Shown piece by piece: positions 44,262 through 55,273 of a stretch of 64,000 bases of DNA. Within the stretch, counting starts at the first letter, position 1. Every line of letters starts with the position of its first letter. Origin of the DNA: Elusimicrobiota bacterium (GTDB lineage Bacteria; Elusimicrobiota; Elusimicrobia; F11). The translations under genes were made by a program, and so were the position numbers. The stretch is from the NCBI GenBank assembly GCA_044221725.1, contig JBGAON010000002.1, forward strand, positions 160,001-224,000, given 5' to 3'. The notes beneath the pieces were generated by a model, which saw nothing but the letters and a program-made list of their open reading frames with translations, had not been told where the DNA came from and ran no database searches.

Positions 44262-45290
44262 ATGATTAAAGAAACGATATCTCTGTTACTCGATAACAAA
44301 AATCTCTCGCAGAAAGCGGCGTATGCCTCTATGAAGGACATTATGGACGGGCAAGCGACGCCGTCACAGATTGCGGGGTTTCTCGTGGCGCTTCGAGCCA
44401 AAGGCGAAACGGTCGAAGAAATCGCGGGCTGTGCGCTCGCGATGCGCGACGCGGCGCGGCCCTTGTCCATTAAAACGAAAATCATCGTTGATAATTGTGG
44501 TACCGGTGGCGATGGTCGTCACAGCCTTAATATCTCCACGGCAGCGGCGTTTGTTGCAGCGGGCGTTGGTTACACCGTGGCCAAGCACGGCAATCGCGCG
44601 ATTTCCTCAAAGTGCGGCAGCGCCGATGTGCTCGAGGCGTTGGGAGTAAAAATTGATGCACCAATCGCGGTTGTTGAACAAACGATCAACGATGTCGGAA
44701 TCGGTTTTATGTTCGCACCGGCGTTTCATCCGGCCATGAAACATGCGATGCCAACACGCAAAGATCTTGGCGTTCGAACTGTTTTTAATTTGCTTGGGCC
44801 TCTCACGAATCCGGCGAAGTCGAGTGTGCAATTGATCGGCGTTTACGACCAGAAGCTAACCTCGGTTGTTGCAAAGGTGATCGCGAAGATGGGGCACAAG
44901 GCGGGTCTCGTCGTGCATTCGCACGGGTGGGACGAAATTACGCTTGATGGCCCGACCCACGTCAGCGAATTCTCGAATGGTAAAGTGAAATCCTATAAGC
45001 TCACGCACAACGATTTTGGATTGCCGAAAGTTTCGACAAAGTATTTGGCCGGTGGCGATGCCGCACAAAACGCGGAGGCCCTAACGAAGATCTTGGCCGG
45101 AGATAAAATACCAGCGAGAAATGTCGTTGTCGCCAACGCGGCCGCGCTCATTTGGATCGCCGATCGAGCGCGCGGTGAAAAAGGCGTTACGCTCAAAGAC
45201 GCTGTGAAAAAAGCCGAACATTCGATTGATTCCGGTGCCGCCGCAAAAAAAGTGCAACAGATGGCCGAAGTTTCGCACTCCATCGAATAA
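44262..45290 (+). CDS. trpD: Anthranilate phosphoribosyltransferase
   Basis: CGTGGDG, NIST, KHGNR, SAD.LE.LG, FN.LGPL.NP. Confidence 0.96.
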   Translation: MIKETISLLLDNKNLSQKAAYASMKDIMDGQATPSQIAGFLVALRAKGETVEEIAGCALAMRDAARPLSIKTKIIVDNCGTGGDGRHSLNISTAAAFVAAGVGYTVAKHGNRAISSKCGSADVLEALGVKIDAPIAVVEQTINDVGIGFMFAPAFHPAMKHAMPTRKDLGVRTVFNLLGPLTNPAKSSVQLIGVYDQKLTSVVAKVIAKMGHKAGLVVHSHGWDEITLDGPTHVSEFSNGKVKSYKLTHNDFGLPKVSTKYLAGGDAAQNAEALTKILAGDKIPARNVVVANAAALIWIADRARGEKGVTLKDAVKKAEHSIDSGAAAKKVQQMAEVSHSIE

Positions 45291-45292
45291 CG

Positions 45293-46087
45293 ATGGCGGT
45301 GGATCAGCTTGAGACAATTCTTGCGAGTCGGAAAAAGCGCGTAGCCGAGGCGAAGCAGAGGATGCCGCTCGCGGAGGTGGAGCGGTTGGCGAAGATGCAG
45401 CCGGCAGCCCCATCGTTTCTGCGCGCCATTCGCGTGCCGAACGAAATTCGGGTGATCGCGGAATTTAAACGCAGCAGCCCATCGGCCGGCAATATCCGCG
45501 TGGGGGCGGAAGTGGCTCCGGTGACCATCATGTACGAGAAGGGCGGCGCCGCGGCTCTTTCCATTTTGGCGGAACCAGATTTTTTTGGCGGACGTATGGA
45601 AGATTTGAAGAATGCGCGGACAGCAACAGCGTTGCCGGTTTTGCTCAAGGATTTTGTGTTCGACGAATACCAGATCCTGGAAGCAAAGATGGTGGGCGCA
45701 AGCGCGGTGTTGTTGATTGCCGACATGATTCCGGCGTCGCAGCTAAAGCAACTCGCGAAATTTGCAAAAAGTGTCGGGTTGGATACGCTTGTGGAAGTTT
45801 TTACCGATGCTTCGGTGGAAGCCGCCATAAAAACGGACTCGGAAATATTGGGCATCAATACGCGCAATTTGCGCACGCTCGAGATGAATCCAGCGCGCGT
45901 TGAGCAATTGATTTCGCAGATTCCGAAGGACCGTGCGCTGGTGGCCGAGAGCGGTGTGAAAACCGTCGCGGATATTGCGCGGCTTAAGAAATTATCGGTG
46001 GCCGCGGTGTTGGTCGGAGAATCACTTTTGAAGCAAAATGATCCGATGAGCGGGGTGCGAGCGCTCGTCGAAGCGGGGAAAAAATGA
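45293..46087 (+). CDS. trpC: Indole-3-glycerol phosphate synthase
   Basis: IAEFKRSSPS.G, KDF..D.YQ, LVEV, GINTRNL, AESG. Confidence 0.94.
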   Translation: MAVDQLETILASRKKRVAEAKQRMPLAEVERLAKMQPAAPSFLRAIRVPNEIRVIAEFKRSSPSAGNIRVGAEVAPVTIMYEKGGAAALSILAEPDFFGGRMEDLKNARTATALPVLLKDFVFDEYQILEAKMVGASAVLLIADMIPASQLKQLAKFAKSVGLDTLVEVFTDASVEAAIKTDSEILGINTRNLRTLEMNPARVEQLISQIPKDRALVAESGVKTVADIARLKKLSVAAVLVGESLLKQNDPMSGVRALVEAGKK

Positions 46088-46725
46088 AAGTAAAAATTTG
46101 TGGTCTTACAAACAAAGAAGATGCTGTGTGGGCGCTCAATTACGGTGCCGATTATATTGGTGTTAATCTATGGAAAGAGAGCAAACGGCACGTTTCGCTA
46201 GCGTCGGCAACGAATTGGGTCAGTCAGCTTCCGGCATTCGCCAGTGTGGTTGGCGTTTTCGTGAACGCCACGCGCGATGAGATTTTGCATGCGGTGCAAA
46301 AACTTAATCTTAAAGGTATTCAGTTGCATGGCGAAGAGACGCCGGCCGACATCGCGTCGTTGCGGGTCGAACTTGAAGGTGCCGGTAAAAAAGTGTTTGT
46401 GATCAAGGCCATTCGCGTCAAAGACGAATCTTCGATCGCGGCCATGAGCGAATACAAAGATGTCGTCGATTACTTTTTGCTCGATTCGTTTCACCCCGAT
46501 GAGCACGGTGGAACCGGCGAGCGTTTTGATTGGGCGCTCACCGCAAAAGCGAAAGAGTTGGGTAAGCCCGTTATTTTGGCGGGCGGGCTCACGCCAGAAA
46601 ATTTAAAAGAGGCGATCAAAAAGGTTCAGCCGTACGCCGTGGATGTGGCGTCGGGCGTAGAAAAATCGCCAAAAAAGAAAGATCCGGAAAAAATGAAGGA
46701 ATTTATTCGAAATGCAAAAGGCTAA
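46084..46725 (+). CDS. trpF: Phosphoribosylanthranilate isomerase
   Basis: [35 protein letters not shown]. Confidence 0.95.
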   Translation: MKVKICGLTNKEDAVWALNYGADYIGVNLWKESKRHVSLASATNWVSQLPAFASVVGVFVNATRDEILHAVQKLNLKGIQLHGEETPADIASLRVELEGAGKKVFVIKAIRVKDESSIAAMSEYKDVVDYFLLDSFHPDEHGGTGERFDWALTAKAKELGKPVILAGGLTPENLKEAIKKVQPYAVDVASGVEKSPKKKDPEKMKEFIRNAKG

Positions 46726-47929
46726 AACAGCGGCAAAAAATTTCCCTGACAAAAACGGGTATTTCGGCCCGTTCGGCGGAATGTTTGTGCCGGAAACACT
46801 GTGGGCACCACTGAAGGAAATCGAGAAAGGTTTCCGCAAGGTGATGAAATCTCCTGCGTTTCGAAAGGAACTGCGCTTCTATTTGGAAAGTTACGCGGGG
46901 CGGCCGTCGCCTCTTTTTGAGGCGCAACGTCTGTCAAAAGCGATCAACGGTCCTCGCATATTTTTGAAGCGCGAAGATTTGCTGCACACCGGCGCGCACA
47001 AAGTGAACAACACGCTCGGTCAATGTTTGCTGGCCAAACATTTGGGCAAGCCGCGGGTTATCGCCGAGACCGGCGCCGGTCAACATGGAGTCGGAACCGC
47101 GGCGGCGGCGGCGCTCTTGGGGCTTAAGTGCGATGTGTACATGGGCACCGAAGATATTCGTCGCCAGGCGCTGAACGTTTATCGGATGAAGTTGATGGGG
47201 GCCAACGTGATTGGTGTCAGTTCCGGAAGCAAAACTCTGAAAGACGCGATCAACGAAGCCATGCGCGATTGGGTTTCAAACGTGAAGGACACGTTTTATT
47301 GTATTGGGTCCGTGGTTGGCCCCCATCCGTATCCGGAGATGGTGCGCACATTCCAAGCGGTGATTGGCACGGAAGTGAAAACGCAGATCAAAAAACAAAT
47401 TGGACGGTTGCCGAACGCGGTGGTTGCTTGTGTTGGCGGAGGGTCCAACGCGATTGGACTTTTTTTCCCGTTCTACAACGACCGCCATGTTCGAATGATT
47501 GGCGTCGAAGCGGGCGGCGAGGGGCTCTTGTCCGGGCGCCATGCGGCGACGCTTTCCGGCGGAACGATTGGCGTGTTGCACGGCGCGCGCACGTATGTGC
47601 TGCAAGACAAAGACGGTCAGGTGACCGAAACGCATTCGGTGTCGGCCGGATTGGACTATCCTGGCGTTGGTCCGGAACATGCGTTTTACAAATGGAACAA
47701 ACGCGCGGAGTACGTTGCCGCCACAGACAACGACACTCTTCATGGATTTAAATTGTTATCGCGCACGGAGGGGATTATTCCAGCGCTCGAATCGTCGCAT
47801 GCGATTGGTTACGTGGCGCGCAATGCGCGGCGTTTTAAGAAAAGCGACGTGATTGTGATTGGACTTTCCGGACGAGGCGATAAAGATGTGAACGAAGCGC
47901 AGCGCGTGTTGGGTGAGGTGGGAGAATGA
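46712..47929 (+). CDS. trpB: Tryptophan synthase beta chain
   Basis: [53 protein letters not shown]. Confidence 0.97.
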   Translation: MQKAKTAAKNFPDKNGYFGPFGGMFVPETLWAPLKEIEKGFRKVMKSPAFRKELRFYLESYAGRPSPLFEAQRLSKAINGPRIFLKREDLLHTGAHKVNNTLGQCLLAKHLGKPRVIAETGAGQHGVGTAAAAALLGLKCDVYMGTEDIRRQALNVYRMKLMGANVIGVSSGSKTLKDAINEAMRDWVSNVKDTFYCIGSVVGPHPYPEMVRTFQAVIGTEVKTQIKKQIGRLPNAVVACVGGGSNAIGLFFPFYNDRHVRMIGVEAGGEGLLSGRHAATLSGGTIGVLHGARTYVLQDKDGQVTETHSVSAGLDYPGVGPEHAFYKWNKRAEYVAATDNDTLHGFKLLSRTEGIIPALESSHAIGYVARNARRFKKSDVIVIGLSGRGDKDVNEAQRVLGEVGE

Positions 47930-48729
47930 AAAACGCTCTCGACCGTAAGTTCGATTCGCTTAGACGACAGAAGAAAAAGGCGCTGATCGCTTATTTGGCG
48001 GCCGGATATCCGGCGTTCCGCGAGGAACAAGCGCTCGTTACGGATATGGTTTTAAACGGCGTGGACGTCATTGAAATTGGAATTCCATTTTCGGACCCGA
48101 TTGCCGATGGTCCGACGATCCAATTTGCGTCGCAGCAGGCACTGGATGCCGGCGTTACGGTGCCGCGGATTCTAAAATGGATTCGCGAATTACAGAAATC
48201 CGTTTCGGCGCCGATCGTTGTTATGACTTACCTGAATCCGGTGCTCGCGTACGGGACGAAAAAGTTTGCGAAAGACGCGGCCGCCGCGGGTGTGAGCGGC
48301 GTGATTGTCCCCGATATGATTCCCGAGGAAAGCGCGGAGATACGGCGCGAGTTGAACGCAGGGAACATCCACCTGATCCATTTGGTGGCGCCCACGACGC
48401 CACGCGAACGGCAAGCCACGATCTCAAAGCTCACCGGCGGTTTCTTGTACGCGGTTTCGGTCGCCGGTGTCACCGGCGCGCGTCGCACGTTGCCGAAGCA
48501 AACGAAACGTTGGCTCGCTTCGCTTCAGCGCTTGAGTGAGAAACCCGTTTGCGTCGGGTTCGGAATTTCGGGACCCGATCAAATTCGGCATTTGAGGTCA
48601 GCGGTGGATGGGTTTATTGTCGGCTCCGCCGTGATCGATGTGATTCGAAAAAACAAAGCGGTCAACAGAAAAGCCGCCATGAAAAAATTTGTGACTGCAT
48701 TAGCAAAGGAGTGCTCGAATGGCCGTTAA
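47926..48729 (+). CDS. trpA: Tryptophan synthase alpha chain
   Basis: [30 protein letters not shown]. Confidence 0.96.
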   Translation: MKNALDRKFDSLRRQKKKALIAYLAAGYPAFREEQALVTDMVLNGVDVIEIGIPFSDPIADGPTIQFASQQALDAGVTVPRILKWIRELQKSVSAPIVVMTYLNPVLAYGTKKFAKDAAAAGVSGVIVPDMIPEESAEIRRELNAGNIHLIHLVAPTTPRERQATISKLTGGFLYAVSVAGVTGARRTLPKQTKRWLASLQRLSEKPVCVGFGISGPDQIRHLRSAVDGFIVGSAVIDVIRKNKAVNRKAAMKKFVTALAKECSNGR

Positions 48730-49549
48730 AAAGAAAACCGAAAAGACCACCGGAGGAATTCCCGACGGTCTTTGGACGAAATGCGCGAAGTGCGACCAAA
48801 TCATTTACAACAAAGAATTGGCAACCAATCTGCGGGTGTGCACGAAGTGCGGATATTCGTTTCCGCTCAAGGCAACCGAGCGCGTGGCGCTGTTGCTCGA
48901 TGAAGGTACCGCGAAAGAGATGGACGCAACGATGGAGTCTGCGGATCCGCTCAATTTTTTGGACGGAAAGGTTTACAAAGAGAAGGTCGTTTCAAATCAA
49001 AAGAAGAGCGGCGCGAAAGATGCGATTTGGACGGGGACCGGAACGCTTGATGGTATCGATGTGGCGCTGGGAGTCATGGATTTCGGATTTATGGGCGGAA
49101 GCATGGGAAGCGTTGTCGGCGAGCGTCTTGCTCGCGCTGGCGAAAAAGCGCTTGAAGAACGAATTCCATTCATCATCGTCTCGACGTCCGGTGGTGCGCG
49201 TATGCACGAAGGAATTTTGTCGTTGATGCAAATGGCGAAAGTGAGCGCGGTGCTGGCGCGTCTTAAAGAGGCCGGCCTGCCGTTCATTTCGGTGTTGGCG
49301 GACCCAACGACCGGAGGCGTGACGGCCAGTTTTGCGATGTTGGGCGACGTTATCTTCGCGGAGCCGGGCGCGCTCATTGGATTTGCGGGGCCTCGCGTGA
49401 TCGAGCAAACCATTCATCAAACGCTCCCCGAAGGTTTTCAGCGTTCCGAGTTTCTTTTGAAGCACGGTATGGTCGACCGCATCGTCACCCGCGCTGAACT
49501 TAAGTCCGAACTTAAGCGCACGCTCGAATTTTTGCTTCCCCGCGTTTGA
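48719..49549 (+). CDS. accD: Acetyl-CoA carboxylase carboxyltransferase beta subunit
   Basis: LW.KC..C zinc finger, FMGGSMG.VVGE, SGGARM.EG, PTTGGV.ASF, FQRSE. Confidence 0.96.
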   Translation: MAVKKKTEKTTGGIPDGLWTKCAKCDQIIYNKELATNLRVCTKCGYSFPLKATERVALLLDEGTAKEMDATMESADPLNFLDGKVYKEKVVSNQKKSGAKDAIWTGTGTLDGIDVALGVMDFGFMGGSMGSVVGERLARAGEKALEERIPFIIVSTSGGARMHEGILSLMQMAKVSAVLARLKEAGLPFISVLADPTTGGVTASFAMLGDVIFAEPGALIGFAGPRVIEQTIHQTLPEGFQRSEFLLKHGMVDRIVTRAELKSELKRTLEFLLPRV

Positions 49550-50748
49550 CCGAACATCCGCTCATCGATAGGCTCAAGCCGTCGGTCATGAAGTTTGACC
49601 TGGCGCGCATGCGGTCTGTGATGGCGGAACTCGGAAACCCGCAGGACGATTATCCCTCCGTCCATGTGGCCGGAACCAACGGAAAAGGTTCGGTAACAGC
49701 CATGATTGCTTCCGGCCTCGCACGTTGCGGCCTGAAAGTGGGGATGTACACGTCGCCGCACCTCGAACAGATTAACGAACGTTTCCAAATCAACGGCCGC
49801 ATGATTTCCGATACGAACCTGGGCCGCTTGGTTCGGTCCTCAGCAAAGAGATTTCCGCATCTCACTCAGTTCGAATTTCTTACGACCCTAGCATTCCAAT
49901 GGTTTTCCGACGAAAAAATCGATGTCGCCGTTGTCGAGGTGGGGCTCGGTGGTCGACTGGATGCCACGAATGTTCTGCGCCGTGTGCTCGCGAGCGTTAT
50001 CACGAACATCGATTTCGATCACATGAATTGGTTGGGCCATACGATCGAGAAAATTGCGTTCGAAAAAGCGGGTATTATCAAACCGGGCGTCCCGCTCGTG
50101 TGCGGGGCAACGAAAGGTTTTTCGGTTATAAAATCCGTCGCGAACAAAAGGCATTCGCCGGTCGTGCGATCGCGAGCGCGTTTGCGACCACATTCGCTGC
50201 GGCTTCTTGGCGCGCATCAAAAGCAAAACGCGCGTCTTGCGCTTCAAGCGCTTGACACTTTGCGCGCGCGATTGCCCGGGCTTGAACCGCGCGCGTACAC
50301 AGAAGCGGTCCAGAATACGTTTTGGCCAGGGCGATTCGAACGATTCTTGGTAGGATCGCGTCGGAAAAGACGCGTCGTCGTGTTGGATGGGGCGCATAAC
50401 ACCGCTGGCTGTCGCGTCCTCGTGCGCACGCTTCGCAGCGAGAAGCTTGTGCCGGCGAGTCTTGTTTTTGGTGTGCTGAAAGACAAAGCCATTCGTGAAA
50501 TGGTTCGTGTTCTTTCGCCGATCGCAGAGCGTGTGACCGTGGTGCCCGTTTCGTCGCCTCGCACGGCCGATCCGTCGGAGGTTTCGCGAAACGGCGCCTG
50601 GCGTGGAAAGGCGGAAGCGGCTCGCTCCATTGACGACGCTTGGAAAACGGTTTTGAACGGTCCGGACTCACGACCGATTGTCGTTGCGGGTTCGCTCTAC
50701 CTTGTGGGCGAAGTCCGCCGAAAATTTTTGCGGAGGAGATCAACATGA
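49546..50748 (+). CDS. folC: Folylpolyglutamate synthase/dihydrofolate synthase
   Basis: HVAGTNGKGS, YTSPHL, EVGLGGRLDATN, EKAGI, WPGR, LDGAHN, GSLYLVG. Confidence 0.95.
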   Translation: MTEHPLIDRLKPSVMKFDLARMRSVMAELGNPQDDYPSVHVAGTNGKGSVTAMIASGLARCGLKVGMYTSPHLEQINERFQINGRMISDTNLGRLVRSSAKRFPHLTQFEFLTTLAFQWFSDEKIDVAVVEVGLGGRLDATNVLRRVLASVITNIDFDHMNWLGHTIEKIAFEKAGIIKPGVPLVCGATKGFSVIKSVANKRHSPVVRSRARLRPHSLRLLGAHQKQNARLALQALDTLRARLPGLEPRAYTEAVQNTFWPGRFERFLVGSRRKRRVVVLDGAHNTAGCRVLVRTLRSEKLVPASLVFGVLKDKAIREMVRVLSPIAERVTVVPVSSPRTADPSEVSRNGAWRGKAEAARSIDDAWKTVLNGPDSRPIVVAGSLYLVGEVRRKFLRRRST

Positions 50749-51671
50749 CGTATCGCATGGGAATAGATTTGGGAGGTACAACAGCCAAGTTGGCGCTCGT
50801 TTCTGCCGGCCAAAAAATTGTGCGCGAAATCTCCGTGCCAACCGCCGGGTTTCCAAACGCGGCCCTGTTGGCAGAAAAATTGGGCGCGGCCGGCAAAATC
50901 CTCATGAAAGGCGCATCCGTCCAAAAAGTTGGAGTTGGTGTGGCCGGTGATATAGATTCCGAGAACGGGATCGTGCGCGTGTCGCCGAATCTTGGTTGGA
51001 AAAATGTGCCGCTCGGAAAATTGCTGAAAAAACATTTGAAGCAGACGGTCGTGGTCGAAAATGACGCCAATGCGGCGGCTTGGGGGATTTTTCATACGCA
51101 AGCGCCGAAGCACACACAAAACGTTATCGTAATGACGCTGGGGACCGGTGTTGGCGGAGGGATCGTTCTTAACGGTCAACTTCATCGCGGAACCACCGGA
51201 AGCGCCGGCGAAATTGGACATATGGTTATCGATGAAAAAGGCCCGCTCTGCAATTGCGGAAATCGCGGTTGTTTGGAAACGTTTGTCGGTGGTCCGCATT
51301 TGATTCGCTACGTTCAAGAAGCGTTGGTCGCAGGCGAAAAAAGCGGGCTTCAAACCGTTTATAAACGGGCGCCCGACGAAATTACGCCGTATCTGATCGC
51401 GCAGTTTGCGCGGAAGCGTGATGCGCTGGCGTTGCGCGTTTGGAACCGCGTGGGTCATGCGCTCGGTCGCGCAATTGGCGACTTGGCGTACATTCTTAAT
51501 CCGGAACTCGTGATTTTCACCGGTGGTATTGCTCAGGCGGGGTCGCTCATTCTGAATCCTCTTTGGAAAACTCTGAACACGCGTTCCTTCAAAACCCCAA
51601 TTCAAGCGCTCAAGATCAAAATTGCGGCGGACGCTCCGCACATTGGTGCGCTTGGAGCTTCGCTTCTGTAA
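50745..51671 (+). CDS. ROK family sugar kinase (glucokinase-like)
   Basis: GIDLGGT, ENDANAAA, GTGVGGG, AGEIGH, CNCGNRGCLE. Confidence 0.92.
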   Translation: MTYRMGIDLGGTTAKLALVSAGQKIVREISVPTAGFPNAALLAEKLGAAGKILMKGASVQKVGVGVAGDIDSENGIVRVSPNLGWKNVPLGKLLKKHLKQTVVVENDANAAAWGIFHTQAPKHTQNVIVMTLGTGVGGGIVLNGQLHRGTTGSAGEIGHMVIDEKGPLCNCGNRGCLETFVGGPHLIRYVQEALVAGEKSGLQTVYKRAPDEITPYLIAQFARKRDALALRVWNRVGHALGRAIGDLAYILNPELVIFTGGIAQAGSLILNPLWKTLNTRSFKTPIQALKIKIAADAPHIGALGASLL

Positions 51672-51673
51672 GT

Positions 51674-53887
51674 TTGCGTACAAGGTCTTTCATCGTCGTC
51701 GGACTGACGTTACTGGCAACGGCGCGCGCGCATGCGGCCGTTGAAGTTTCGACCGCCACGGGGCGGAGCATTTTGTTCGATAGCAATTCGGGTGTGGCCG
51801 TTATTGAAGGGAACGCCGTGGTTGACAATTCAACAGCGACACTTAAAGCGGACAAGATTTCCATCAACACAAAAACGAAATTTGGTCACGCCGAAGGGAA
51901 CGTAAAACTCGAGCAGTCGTCGGCCACGCTTAACGGAACCGAGGCCGACTATTTTTGGGAAACGAGCACCGGCACGATCAAAGGCGCTTCTGGCGTTAAC
52001 CCACCATTTCGTTTTACGGCCGATCGTATGACTCAGCTTTCGCCGGACCTATTCAAAATTGAAGGCGGCGAATTCACCACCTGCGACGAAGTGCCGCCGC
52101 ACTACCACATTAAAGCCAAGAGCGGCATTATGCGCCGCGGCAAACGCGTAACGCTTAAGAACGCCGAACTTGTGCCCGACGACACGCCGAGTTTTTGGTC
52201 ACCGATTTATTCGAAGTCGCTCGTGCCCAAAAAATACCGTTTGCAGATCGAACCGGGTCACACGGCACGCGACGGTTTCACGGCGAAGACCATCCTTGGT
52301 TATCCATTTTCGCCGAATACCTGGACGAATTTTAAGTGGGATTATTTGCAGAACACCGGAAACGGTGTGGGTCTTCAACATATTTACACGCTACCGAACA
52401 TCAAAGGCAATTTCGATTCGTATTACATTCGCGACTACAATCCCGATCCCGAAATTCCGCAAAGCAAACGCTACACGGTGCTGTGGGGGCACTATCAGCG
52501 TTTCACGCCGCGCCTGACCGCCAACGCGAAGATCGATATCAAAAGCGACCAAACATTTGGCAATCAATTCACCGGAAACGGCAACCAGGTTCTCGTCGAA
52601 AATCAAACGCGCGGCCTTATTTCCGATGGCGGTCTCACTTATCAGTTCCCGAAGGCGACGCTGCAGTTGCAGGCGTCGCGCCAGGACAAGTTCGACTCGT
52701 TGGTGTCCTCCAAGCAGTACATCAGTCACCTGACATTGCCGAGTTTAAGTTTTAATACCGTCCCGCTGCGCAGCAAGCGTTTTCCTTTCTATACGAGCTT
52801 TAATGGCACGTACGTGAACGAGACACAGGATCGCAATGATCCCATGAAAAATCTCTATTACAAGCGCACCGTGACCGGCGGTGTCGAAATGAAAAAAGAT
52901 TTCCGCGTCAAACGGCGGTGGACGTTTACGCCGGTTTTCAATGTGAACGAGAGTTTCGCGAACCGCGTGCTCGGCTCATCGTATGTCGTGACCGAACAAG
53001 ATCAATACGTGTTGCGGTACACGGGAGGGCTCGATGTGCGTCGAAAATTTCTCCGGTGGTTGGATTTGCGTCTGGGATATCGCTACTCCGCTCGAAGCGA
53101 AGTTAATCAATGGAAGCAGGATTTAAAAGCCGACGATCAAGGTGTTGAGACCAACCAAATGACGGGTTCGTTTCAAACACGAATTGGTCGTTCGAGCCTC
53201 GTGACATTGGGAAGCGGTTACGATTACCGAAATGATCCCGATAGCCAACCCGGAAAATACAAACACGTCAGCGCGCGTGTGCTTAATCCCACCTTGGACG
53301 TTCAGTACGAACTGCAGAAAGATGTAAATCTGTATTTTCGAGAGACGTACAGCATCTACGACACCGCCGCGCAGCGCGTTGTGTCGACGCCGATCAACAC
53401 GTCCGGTGAAATTCAGTTCGGTGATCCGTCCGGATTCACGCTGTTTACCCAAGGTTTCACATTTTCAAAGACCGCGTCGGGCACGCCTTCGGAAGTTTTT
53501 CTCAACAACAAACTTAAGTTTTACCTCACGCCAAAATGGTACTTGGACATTTTCATTAGTTACCGCGCGGTTGGGGATGGGGGACTCAACTACAGCAAAC
53601 TTTTCCCAATCGAGAAAACGTTGCGCGTGGTTCGTGACATGCATTGTTGGGTTGTGCGCGGCGAATTTTCGGCACGCCCCGGCGCAACCGAAGTTTCCGT
53701 GTATGTTGATTTGAAAGCGAACTTGCGTCCCACGCGCAACGTGTTTGAAAAGGATCATTCGTCCGTGTATTCGACGCGCAACGATGGTCCCGATGTTGGG
53801 CAATTGTTCCCGGCCACGGCGCCCGCTCCGACGCCGACGCCGACACCGGTTCCCGCAGCGGATCCGGCTCCGAATGCACCAAAGTAA
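51674..53887 (+). CDS. lptD: LPS-assembly outer-membrane protein LptD-like
   Basis: The TTG at 51674 gives a signal peptide ending ARAHA; OstA-like N-domain, FTTC..PHY, beta-rich body, RDMHCW near the C-terminus; Pro/Thr tail. Confidence 0.8.
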   Translation: MRTRSFIVVGLTLLATARAHAAVEVSTATGRSILFDSNSGVAVIEGNAVVDNSTATLKADKISINTKTKFGHAEGNVKLEQSSATLNGTEADYFWETSTGTIKGASGVNPPFRFTADRMTQLSPDLFKIEGGEFTTCDEVPPHYHIKAKSGIMRRGKRVTLKNAELVPDDTPSFWSPIYSKSLVPKKYRLQIEPGHTARDGFTAKTILGYPFSPNTWTNFKWDYLQNTGNGVGLQHIYTLPNIKGNFDSYYIRDYNPDPEIPQSKRYTVLWGHYQRFTPRLTANAKIDIKSDQTFGNQFTGNGNQVLVENQTRGLISDGGLTYQFPKATLQLQASRQDKFDSLVSSKQYISHLTLPSLSFNTVPLRSKRFPFYTSFNGTYVNETQDRNDPMKNLYYKRTVTGGVEMKKDFRVKRRWTFTPVFNVNESFANRVLGSSYVVTEQDQYVLRYTGGLDVRRKFLRWLDLRLGYRYSARSEVNQWKQDLKADDQGVETNQMTGSFQTRIGRSSLVTLGSGYDYRNDPDSQPGKYKHVSARVLNPTLDVQYELQKDVNLYFRETYSIYDTAAQRVVSTPINTSGEIQFGDPSGFTLFTQGFTFSKTASGTPSEVFLNNKLKFYLTPKWYLDIFISYRAVGDGGLNYSKLFPIEKTLRVVRDMHCWVVRGEFSARPGATEVSVYVDLKANLRPTRNVFEKDHSSVYSTRNDGPDVGQLFPATAPAPTPTPTPVPAADPAPNAPK

Positions 53888-53929
53888 TTTGTTACACTCG
53901 CTGCCCAAACAATATCTCTTGGAGGATTC

Positions 53930-55273
53930 GTGAAAAAAGTTTGCATGATCGGCACCGGATACGTCGGACTTGTGACCGGTACCTGCTTCGCCGAACTCGG
54001 TCACCGTGTAATCTGTGTTGACAAAGACAAATCCAAGATCGATACGCTGAACGCCGGCGATGTGCCAATTTACGAGCCAGGGCTAAAAGAACTGGTTAAG
54101 AAACACCGTGCCGCCAAGCGCCTCACTTTCACAACGAGCATTGCCGAAGGTGTCCAGCAGTCCGACATTATTTTCATTGCGGTGCACACGCCGCCGCTTC
54201 CCGATGGCGGTGCGGATCTCAGTTTTGTCGAAGCGTGCACGCGCGAAGTTGCAGCGCACGCCAACGGATACAAGTTGCTCGTCGAAAAGTCCACGGTGCC
54301 GGTGCAGACCGGCGAACGTGTTCGCCAAACGCTCGCTTCCTTGTCGTCGCGGCACGATGACATTGAAGTGGCATCCAATCCCGAATTTCTTCGCGAAGGT
54401 TCCGCTATCGAAGATTTCTTGAAACCCGACCGCATCGTGATCGGCGTCCAATCAAAGCGCGCTGAAAAGCATTTGCGCGAGCTCTACGCAAAAATTAAGG
54501 CTCCGATGGTCGTGACCGATATCAACAGCGCCGAACTTATCAAGCATGCGTCCAATTCCTTCCTGGCTCTAAAAATTTCCTACATCAACGCGATTTCTCA
54601 GATCTGCGAGCGCGTGGGAGCCGATGTGTCGCGGGTGGCCGAAGGAATGGGGCTCGATCGCCGTATCGGGAAATCTTTTCTCAGCGCGGGCATCGGGTAC
54701 GGTGGTTCGTGTTTCCCGAAAGACGTTTCGGCGTTCATTAAAATTGCCGAGACGAACGGTTTTAATTTTGCGTTGCTCCGCGAAACGGAACGGGTGAACA
54801 GCGATCAACGATTGCTCGTGTTGAAAAAGCTCGAGCACGCGTTATGGACGTTGAAATCAAAAAAGATTGGCGTTTTGGGCCTCGCGTTTAAGCCCAACAC
54901 CGATGATCTTCGTAACGCGCCCGCCATCGACATTATTCAAGAGCTGTTGGCGAAGGGGGCCATGGTGACGGCGTACGATCCGGTGGCCAGTGAAAAAATG
55001 AAACAGCAATTTCCGAACATTACGTACGTCGATAACCCGTACGACGTTGCCCGTGACGCGAACGGCGTGTTGGTCGTCACCGAATGGCCCGAATTCCGCC
55101 GGCTGAATTTGAAAAAACTGAAGTCGCTTATGGCCACGCCTGTTCTCGTCGACGGCAGAAATCTTTTCGATCCGGCCGAGGCGGCCAAGAACGGTTTTAC
55201 GTACCATTCGATCGGACGCCCATCCGTTATGCGCCGAGAACCCGAGGTTTCCAAGTTAAAGGTGACGGCCTGA
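53930..55273 (+). CDS. ugd: UDP-glucose 6-dehydrogenase
   Basis: IGTGYVGL, KSTVP, NPEFLREG, GYGGSCFPKD, FKPNTDD.R. Confidence 0.94.
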   Translation: MKKVCMIGTGYVGLVTGTCFAELGHRVICVDKDKSKIDTLNAGDVPIYEPGLKELVKKHRAAKRLTFTTSIAEGVQQSDIIFIAVHTPPLPDGGADLSFVEACTREVAAHANGYKLLVEKSTVPVQTGERVRQTLASLSSRHDDIEVASNPEFLREGSAIEDFLKPDRIVIGVQSKRAEKHLRELYAKIKAPMVVTDINSAELIKHASNSFLALKISYINAISQICERVGADVSRVAEGMGLDRRIGKSFLSAGIGYGGSCFPKDVSAFIKIAETNGFNFALLRETERVNSDQRLLVLKKLEHALWTLKSKKIGVLGLAFKPNTDDLRNAPAIDIIQELLAKGAMVTAYDPVASEKMKQQFPNITYVDNPYDVARDANGVLVVTEWPEFRRLNLKKLKSLMATPVLVDGRNLFDPAEAAKNGFTYHSIGRPSVMRREPEVSKLKVTA

